Positions 37,233 to 43,061 of a stretch of DNA of 43,061 nucleotides are shown piece by piece. The notes below the pieces were generated by a model that made no database searches, had not been told where the DNA came from, and saw only the letters and a list, made by a program, of their open reading frames with translations. The translations under genes and the position numbers were made by a program. Origin of the DNA: Alphaproteobacteria bacterium (GTDB lineage: Bacteria; Pseudomonadota; Alphaproteobacteria; Rhodospirillales; 2-02-FULL-58-16). The number at the start of each line of letters is the position of its first letter. Position 1 is the first letter of the stretch. The stretch spans positions 1-43,061 of the forward strand of contig JAJRSS010000006.1 of the NCBI GenBank assembly GCA_024278615.1, written 5' to 3'.

Positions 37233-38402
37233 GTGAAGGAACTGTCACACCGGGAAAGGTTCATCCGCGCCCTGCGCCATGAACCCATTGACCGTCTGCC
37301 AAGGTTTTTCCGCTTCAAGCGTGAAGCCAAGGAGAAAGTCGCCCGCATCTTCGGCATCACAGACGCGGAAACGGGCCTGGGTCACCAGCCCGACCTGGAA
37401 CTGCGCATGGGCAACGATGTCGTGCTTTATCAGATTGGCATTAACGCGGAGTTCTCCCACCGGGAAATCGCTATCGGCGACACCTGGCACAGCCCGTTTA
37501 ACGTCGGCTACGGCAAAAGCGGTCTGCAAGGCCGCAACGAGGAAGAACACAAGGAATTCATGAAGACCCAGGAATACTGGGGCCCGGCCAAGGTAGTACC
37601 GGAGAACTTCCCCAGTTCCCACCCCATCACCTCCATGGAAGACCTGAAAAACTACAAGTGGCCCGACCCCGACGATCCCCGTTTGCTCGATCCGATCAAG
37701 AAGATGGTCGACGAATACGGGGATGAATATTTCACCATGGTAGACTTGTCCTCGACCCTGATCGAGGCCGCTTACGCCCACATCGTCGGCACCCAGAAAT
37801 TCTTCCTCATGCTGTTCGACCAACCGGAACTGATCGAAGGGGTTCTGGACGGGCTGACCGAATACTACACGGAACTGGGTAAGAATGCCGTCAAACTGGG
37901 CATCGACATGATCCGTGTCGGAGACGACGTGGGCGCCCAGCAGTCCATGATGCTGTCGCCAGATTCCTGGCGTGAACTGGCCAAGCCCCGGTTCGAATAC
38001 ATGTTCAAGGAATTCAAGAAGGTCAACAAGGACCTGTTCATCAAGCTGCATTCCTGCGGCGACTATTCACCGATCATCCCAGACATCATTGAACTGGGGG
38101 TAGATTTGTCGGGGCTCATGCAGCCCACGGGCGGTAATAAGGATCAGGTGGGGATCAAGAAAAAATACGGCGCCGACCTGGCCCTGGTCGGCGGCTTCGA
38201 CGTGCAGAACCTCCTTCCCCGGGGTTCGGTGGAAGACGTTCGCGCTGGCGTCCTGGAGGTGATCAAGAACCTGGGTGTCGGCGGTGGTTATATTTTTTCG
38301 CCGTCCCACTACATCCTGGCCGACGTCCCCATCCAGAACATCTGGGCGATGTACGAAGCGGTCCAGGATTTCGGGGAGTACGGCAAGTACCCGCTCGACT
38401 GA
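37233..38402 (+). CDS. UroD/MtaA/CmuA-superfamily TIM-barrel protein, probable corrinoid methyltransferase
   Basis: 'RERFIRAL...DRLP', 'WPDP', 'GDDVGAQQSMMLSP', 'LHSCG', 'GGFDVQ', 'GGGYIFSPSH'. Confidence 0.85.
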   Translation: MKELSHRERFIRALRHEPIDRLPRFFRFKREAKEKVARIFGITDAETGLGHQPDLELRMGNDVVLYQIGINAEFSHREIAIGDTWHSPFNVGYGKSGLQGRNEEEHKEFMKTQEYWGPAKVVPENFPSSHPITSMEDLKNYKWPDPDDPRLLDPIKKMVDEYGDEYFTMVDLSSTLIEAAYAHIVGTQKFFLMLFDQPELIEGVLDGLTEYYTELGKNAVKLGIDMIRVGDDVGAQQSMMLSPDSWRELAKPRFEYMFKEFKKVNKDLFIKLHSCGDYSPIIPDIIELGVDLSGLMQPTGGNKDQVGIKKKYGADLALVGGFDVQNLLPRGSVEDVRAGVLEVIKNLGVGGGYIFSPSHYILADVPIQNIWAMYEAVQDFGEYGKYPLD

Positions 38403-38425
38403 CCCATACCAGCAAGGAGAAAAAA

Positions 38426-39133
38426 ATGTCCGAACCAAGATTGAAAATCCCCGAAGGCTGGGAGGAACGAGCCCCCGAAGGGTGGGAGTGGAGCGAACTG
38501 TGGGAAGCCGTGGAAGTGGGCAAGCACATATTCACCGATGAATTCGTCCGCAAAGCCATCGACACCGGCATCAATCCACGTACGATCCTGGATGACGGCC
38601 TGTTCCCGGGCTTCAACCTGCAAGGGGACCGTTTCACTGAACAGATCATCTTCATCCCCGAAATGCTGATCACTGCCCGGGCCATGAAGGCGGGACTGGC
38701 GTTGATCCGCCCACTGCTCGCCGCCCAAGCGGAAAAACCCATCGGTGTTTTTGTCATGGGCACGGTGCTGGGCGACATGCACGATATCGGCCAATCCATT
38801 GTCGCCATCATGCTGGAAAACGCCGGATTCCAGTTGACCAACCTGGGTACTGACGTACATCCGGATAAGTTCATCGAGACTATCAAGGAATTGAAAGCCG
38901 ATCTGGTCGGCTTTTCCGCCCTTCTTTCGACCACCGTCTATTATCAAAAAGTGACCATTGACGAGATTGAAAAAGCGGGGCTTCGTGACAATGTGAAGAT
39001 TCTCATTGGCGGCGCTCCCACGACCCAGGATTGGGCGGACGAAATTGGCGCCGACGGCTGGGGACGGGATGCGGTACAGGCCGTCAAGCAGGCCAAACGG
39101 CTGATCGCCGAACCTCGGACGGCGTGGGCGTAA
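38426..39133 (+). CDS. Corrinoid (B12-binding) protein, cap plus Rossmann domain
   Basis: 'FIPEML..A..MK' cap domain, base-off/His-on motif 'GDMHDIG', 'SALLSTT', 'IGGAP', 'IGAD'. Confidence 0.94.
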   Translation: MSEPRLKIPEGWEERAPEGWEWSELWEAVEVGKHIFTDEFVRKAIDTGINPRTILDDGLFPGFNLQGDRFTEQIIFIPEMLITARAMKAGLALIRPLLAAQAEKPIGVFVMGTVLGDMHDIGQSIVAIMLENAGFQLTNLGTDVHPDKFIETIKELKADLVGFSALLSTTVYYQKVTIDEIEKAGLRDNVKILIGGAPTTQDWADEIGADGWGRDAVQAVKQAKRLIAEPRTAWA

Positions 39134-39155
39134 GACTTAAAGGTATGGGACCTAT

Positions 39156-41057
39156 ATGAGCGAGAACGTCAGCGTTACTTTCGTCGATGGGGACGGCAAA
39201 CAAACGTCCCGGAAGGTGGGTCGGGGAAGTACCTTCATCGACGCCGCCCAGGACCTGAACCTGGATATTGCCGCCACCTGCGGCGGCCGGGGCCGGTGCC
39301 GAAGCTGCCGGATCAAGGTATTGAAAGGCATCCTGCCGCCGCCCACCATCATGGATCAGGTGCAACTGGGCCCCGATGAAGTGCATGAAGGATTCCGCCT
39401 GTCCTGTCAGACCAAGGTGATCGCCGATTGCACGGTGCTGGTGGCGCCGCCCATCGCCGAAGGCGGTCATAAGATTTTGGGTGCCGGAGTCTCTGAAGAT
39501 ACGCAGTTTCACCTTGATTCCGGCATCGAGAAAAAGCTGGTCGCCGCCAACACGCCGAAGGACGAAAACCACCAGACCTCGGACATGGAGATGATTTTGG
39601 TTGCGCTGGGCGAGCCGGTAAACGGCGACGTCCCCATCGAAGTCCTCCGCAAGGCACCCGACGTGATACGCGCCAAGGGCGGGTCGCTGACCGTCACCAC
39701 CTTCAACCACCGGGTCATCGACGTGGAGCCGGGAGACACCACGCGACACAAGTACGGCATGGCCTTCGACATTGGCACCACCAGTATCGTCGGATCATTG
39801 GTGGACCTGGAAACAGGCGAACAACTGGCCTCCGTCGGCGGCGTCAATCCCCAGGCGGTGTTCGGCGGCGACCTGATGTCGCGCATCGCCTATGCCCAGT
39901 TCAACCCCCAGGCCCTGCGCAAGCTTCGCTCGCGGGTGCTGGCGGAAATCAATGGTTACGTCAAGGAAGTGTGCGGGAACAATAATATCTCCGCCGGCCA
40001 TATCTATAAAATGGTTATCGTCGGTAATACCTGCATGCATCATATCTTCCTGGGTATCGATCCCACCTATGTTGGCTTGGCTCCTTATGCGCCGACCGTG
40101 CGCGAACCGGTGGTGGTGACCGCCAAGGAAGCTTTGCTGAAGGTCAACCCCAACGCACGGATTTGCTTCCTGCCCATTGTCGCCGGGTTCGTCGGCGCCG
40201 ATACGGTGGCCGCCGTCCTCGCCACCCGCATCCACGAAAGCGACCACATACGGGTGATGGTGGATATCGGCACCAACGGCGAAGTGGTCATGGGCACACG
40301 GGGCCGGCTGATGGCCTGCTCGGCGCCCGCCGGCCCGGCCCTGGAGGGGGCGCAAATCCATCACGGCATGCGGGGCGCCGTGGGCGCCATAGAAAAGGTG
40401 GAAATTGACGGCGACGTGACATGTGAAACCATCGGCGGGGCACCGGCGGTGGGTATTTGCGGGTCCGGCCTGGTCGACGCGGCGGCCAAGATGCTCGAGG
40501 CGAAAGTGATCAATCCTTCCGGCTTGCTGCGCCGGGACGGGGGTGAAGGGCTGCCGGAAAAAATCAAGGCCCGCATCGTCGAAGGGGATAACGGCTGGCA
40601 TTTCGTCCTTACCTGGGCCAAGGACACCGGCAAGGACGAGGATATCTACCTCACCCAGCAGGACATCCGCCAGCTTCAACTGGCCAAAGGCGCCATCTAT
40701 TCGGGTATCCTGATGCTGCAAAAGGTGATGGGCGTGGCCGATGGCGACATTGAGGAACTGATGCTGGCCGGCGGCTTCGGCAACTACATCAGTACGGAAA
40801 GCTCGGTCGCCATTCGGCTTCTTCCCAATCTGCCCCTGGAAAAAATAGCCTACGTGGGCAACGCCGCCGCCCTCGGCGCCCAGATGGCCCTTCTGTCGGA
40901 GACAGAGCGGCGGCGCGCCACCACCCTGGCCCGCGAGATCGAGCACGTTGCCCTGGCCACCAATCCGGACTTCCAGGAAATCTTCGTCAAGGCAGTGGTT
41001 TTCGGAGACGAAACGAAAAGGAAAAGCAGAACCCGCACCAGAACCAAGGTGGGTTAG
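39156..41057 (+). CDS. RamA/RACo-type ATP-dependent corrinoid activator (N-terminal 2Fe-2S plus ASKHA/DUF4445)
   Basis: 'CGGRGRCRSC' and 'RLSC' ferredoxin ligands; 'DIGTT', 'GFVGAD', 'DIGTNGE', 'AGPALEG', 'GICGSG', 'QLAKGAI', 'LAGGFG'. Confidence 0.93.
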   Translation: MSENVSVTFVDGDGKQTSRKVGRGSTFIDAAQDLNLDIAATCGGRGRCRSCRIKVLKGILPPPTIMDQVQLGPDEVHEGFRLSCQTKVIADCTVLVAPPIAEGGHKILGAGVSEDTQFHLDSGIEKKLVAANTPKDENHQTSDMEMILVALGEPVNGDVPIEVLRKAPDVIRAKGGSLTVTTFNHRVIDVEPGDTTRHKYGMAFDIGTTSIVGSLVDLETGEQLASVGGVNPQAVFGGDLMSRIAYAQFNPQALRKLRSRVLAEINGYVKEVCGNNNISAGHIYKMVIVGNTCMHHIFLGIDPTYVGLAPYAPTVREPVVVTAKEALLKVNPNARICFLPIVAGFVGADTVAAVLATRIHESDHIRVMVDIGTNGEVVMGTRGRLMACSAPAGPALEGAQIHHGMRGAVGAIEKVEIDGDVTCETIGGAPAVGICGSGLVDAAAKMLEAKVINPSGLLRRDGGEGLPEKIKARIVEGDNGWHFVLTWAKDTGKDEDIYLTQQDIRQLQLAKGAIYSGILMLQKVMGVADGDIEELMLAGGFGNYISTESSVAIRLLPNLPLEKIAYVGNAAALGAQMALLSETERRRATTLAREIEHVALATNPDFQEIFVKAVVFGDETKRKSRTRTRTKVG

Positions 41058-41235
41058 CAGGATGCTGAAAAACTCCAAAACTGACGTAATCAACTTTCGA
41101 CACCGGCCTAATTTTCTAGGAGGCCGCCGGACGCGGGATGAGGCGACGCTATTGGAACTCCTCTTCTTGAGGGACGAGCGCAAGCGGGAGTCTCGAAGGA
41201 TCGTTGTCGCAAACACCCTTTTTCAGCACCCTGTT
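41056..41235. mobile_element. Roughly 180-bp MITE-like element with 17-bp terminal inverted repeats
   Basis: Left AGCAGGATGCTGAAAAA (41056-72) and right TTTTTCAGCACCCTGTT (41219-35) are 15/17 complementary; no transposase inside. Confidence 0.65.
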
Positions 41236-41246
41236 GGGGGCTCGGC

Positions 41247-42209
41247 ATGAAAGTGAGCCTGATCTTCGGTTTTTTGGGTTCGGGCAAGACTACCTTGCTG
41301 CGCCACATCCTGGCCGAAAGGGCGGCCAAGCAATCCATGGCGGTAATCGTCAACGAATTCGGCGAAGTGGGTATCGACGGCGCCATCCTCGCCGGTAATA
41401 ACGTCGACATGGTAGAGCTGAATTCCGGCTGCCTGTGCTGCACCCTGAAGGGGCCGCTGCTCAACGCGGTGGAGGAACTTCGCGACCGCGCCGGCGTCGG
41501 GCACACGGTAATCGAAGCCTCGGGCCTGGCCCACCCGGAGGAAATGGAGGAAACCTTCGCCAATCCCAGGTTGGGAACCACGGTGGATGTGGGTCCTTAC
41601 GTCACCGTTGTGGACGGGCACAAGTTTGCCAGGCTGCGCCAGGGCCTGGGGGAATTCTACGTGGACCAAGTGGCCTATGCGGACGTGATCCTGCTCAACA
41701 AGGCCGACCTCATGTCGGCCGACGAAATGGAAATATTGAAAAAGGAAATCAACGCCATCAATCCCGATGCCGAAATTTTGGTGACCGAACGGTGTGATGT
41801 TGATCCCGGGTCGGTCCTGGACAGCAGGAAAGTTGCGGAAAAAGCCGCGCAAGCCGATCCCCATCATTCCCCCGGTCATTCCCCCCTTCACTCTCATGAA
41901 TCCTTTGATTCCCTGGTCCTGAATTCCGGCGCGGATGCGGCGCGGGGCCGGGTCCAGCGGTTCTTCTCGGGCCTTGCGCCCAACGTGTTGAGGGCCAAGG
42001 GGTTCATGACCATCGACGGCCGGCTGTCGCTGGTGCAGTACGCCGCCGGGCAGTTGGAAATCGAGGACAACCCGGCCGCCTCCGCCACCCAGGACCCCGC
42101 CCGCCAGATGGTGTTTATCGGCGAGGGCCTAAACCGGGCGGCCCTGGAATCCGAATTCGCCTTCGCCCGCCGGAAAAACGGAAATGGGACCGAAGAGAAT
42201 GGAACATGA
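41247..42209 (+). CDS. CobW/COG0523-family P-loop GTPase metallochaperone
   Basis: 'GFLGSGKTT', 'VNEFGEVGIDG', 'GCLCC', 'EASG', 'NKAD', His-rich linker, 'RAKG', 'VFIG'. Confidence 0.93.
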   Translation: MKVSLIFGFLGSGKTTLLRHILAERAAKQSMAVIVNEFGEVGIDGAILAGNNVDMVELNSGCLCCTLKGPLLNAVEELRDRAGVGHTVIEASGLAHPEEMEETFANPRLGTTVDVGPYVTVVDGHKFARLRQGLGEFYVDQVAYADVILLNKADLMSADEMEILKKEINAINPDAEILVTERCDVDPGSVLDSRKVAEKAAQADPHHSPGHSPLHSHESFDSLVLNSGADAARGRVQRFFSGLAPNVLRAKGFMTIDGRLSLVQYAAGQLEIEDNPAASATQDPARQMVFIGEGLNRAALESEFAFARRKNGNGTEENGT

Positions 42210-42886
42210 CCAAGCCTAACCTGGCCGCGGTGAAGGAACTCAATCCCCCTTCCCTGTCGGAAAAGGCCTATCAGCTTCTGTTGCGCAAGATCACTCGGCT
42301 GGAACTGGCGCCGGGGGCGGTGCTGGCGGAAAGGGCGCTGATGAACGAACTGAATATCGGGCGTACACCGATCCGCGAGGCGTTGCAGCGGCTGGCCAGC
42401 GAAGGCCTGGTTTCCCACCTGCCCAACCGCGGCATGTTCGTCACCGAAATCGGCGCCACCAGCGTCCAGCAAATCTATGAATTCCGCGCCATGATCGAAG
42501 GCTTCACCGCCCGCCTGGCCGCCAGCCGCGCCACCGAGGAAGAAATCGCCGAACTGGCGTCGCTCCACCAGCAGTTGGCGGGAGCGACGAAAAAGAACGA
42601 CATCGACTTGTACGTCGACTTGGATTTCCACTTCCACGTCCTGCTCGCCCAGGCGTCAAAGAACGCCTACCTGGAAGAGGTAGTGCCGCGGATTTTTTAT
42701 CTTCACCTCAGGCTGTGGTTTTTTATCTCCAGCCGGACGGGAAACTGGCGCTCCATCGCCGACGCCCACGACGGAATGACCGATGGCGTCGTCAAAGCCC
42801 TGAAAAGCCGCGACCCCGACGAAGCGGAAAGGGCCATGCAGTCCTATATCTCGCTCCGACACACCGACATCAAGGACGTGCTGTAG
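42206..42886 (+). CDS. GntR-family (FCD) transcriptional regulator
   Basis: 'LAPG..L.E', 'GRTPIREALQRL..EGLV...PNRG', FCD domain 'DFHFH'; ATGA overlap with cobW. Confidence 0.93.
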   Translation: MTKPNLAAVKELNPPSLSEKAYQLLLRKITRLELAPGAVLAERALMNELNIGRTPIREALQRLASEGLVSHLPNRGMFVTEIGATSVQQIYEFRAMIEGFTARLAASRATEEEIAELASLHQQLAGATKKNDIDLYVDLDFHFHVLLAQASKNAYLEEVVPRIFYLHLRLWFFISSRTGNWRSIADAHDGMTDGVVKALKSRDPDEAERAMQSYISLRHTDIKDVL

Positions 42887-42925
42887 GGGTACGAGAAAAA
42901 AATATACAGAGTCCCCGGATTCTTA

Positions 42926-43061
42926 GTGTCTGTCCGGGAAAAAGTTGCTTTGGGTGAATCATTTATGATTCTGTTGTGGCCACTGATTCGTTTTTCGGGA
43001 GGTGGCTATGTGGACTGGCAAGAACCGAGGCCTGTACGAGCGCAAGGGCCTGCGTTATCCG
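42926..43061 (+). mobile_element. Left end of an IS5-family (IS1031-like) element; transposase starts at 43008 and runs off the window
   Basis: TTA then GTGTCTGTCCGGGAA candidate terminus; GGGAGG RBS and ATG giving 'MWTGKNRGLYERKGLRYP', like the 'MWT..NR..Y.R.GLRYPSDL' N-terminus of this transposase group. Confidence 0.72.

Noticed and set aside
37233-38402. Uroporphyrinogen decarboxylase (hemE)
   Set aside because: Lacks the RQAGR motif, and the context is corrinoid methyl transfer.
18131-41216. Long antisense ORFs (e.g. 18131-19603, 22731-24002, 39795-41216)
   Set aside because: Shadows of real GC3-rich genes on the opposite strand with no recognisable motifs.
41862-41897. CATTCCCCC repeats in cobW
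   Set aside because: They encode the ordinary His-rich linker of COG0523 proteins.

Overview
GC-rich alphaproteobacterial chromosome segment; gene order and protein style suggest Rhodospirillales. About 1-26 kb is conserved housekeeping synteny: surA-pdxA-rsmA, gmk-yicC, SDR, mltG-fabF-acpP-fabG-fabD, rpsF-rpsR-DUF2232-rplI, cfa-dnaB-alr-mlaEF-radA-cvpA-purF-SDR, DUF47-Pit. It carries two in-frame TAA stops (dnaB and the DUF2232 gene), most likely G>T sequence errors, and an internally deleted pRiA4b ORF-3 pseudogene. About 26-43 kb is an accessory catabolic island: a divergent DeoR regulator, a 2-aminoethylphosphonate (AEP) ABC transporter (AepXVW/PhnSTU2 type), a non-pyrrolysine MttB-family methyltransferase placed between the transporter and phnW-phnX, and then a full corrinoid methyl-transfer kit (MetH-activation-domain protein, pterin-binding methyltransferase, UroD/MtaA-like protein, corrinoid protein, RamA/RACo-type activator, CobW GTPase, GntR). 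The main hypothesis is an O2-independent, B12-dependent route that demethylates N-methylated aminoethylphosphonates, feeds AEP to PhnWX and passes the methyl groups to tetrahydrofolate. I do not know this pathway as described. The island also holds a shared candidate operator, a structured aepX leader, REP/MITE-like elements and the left end of an IS5-family element at the window edge. All family calls are by-eye motif recognition; no searches were run.
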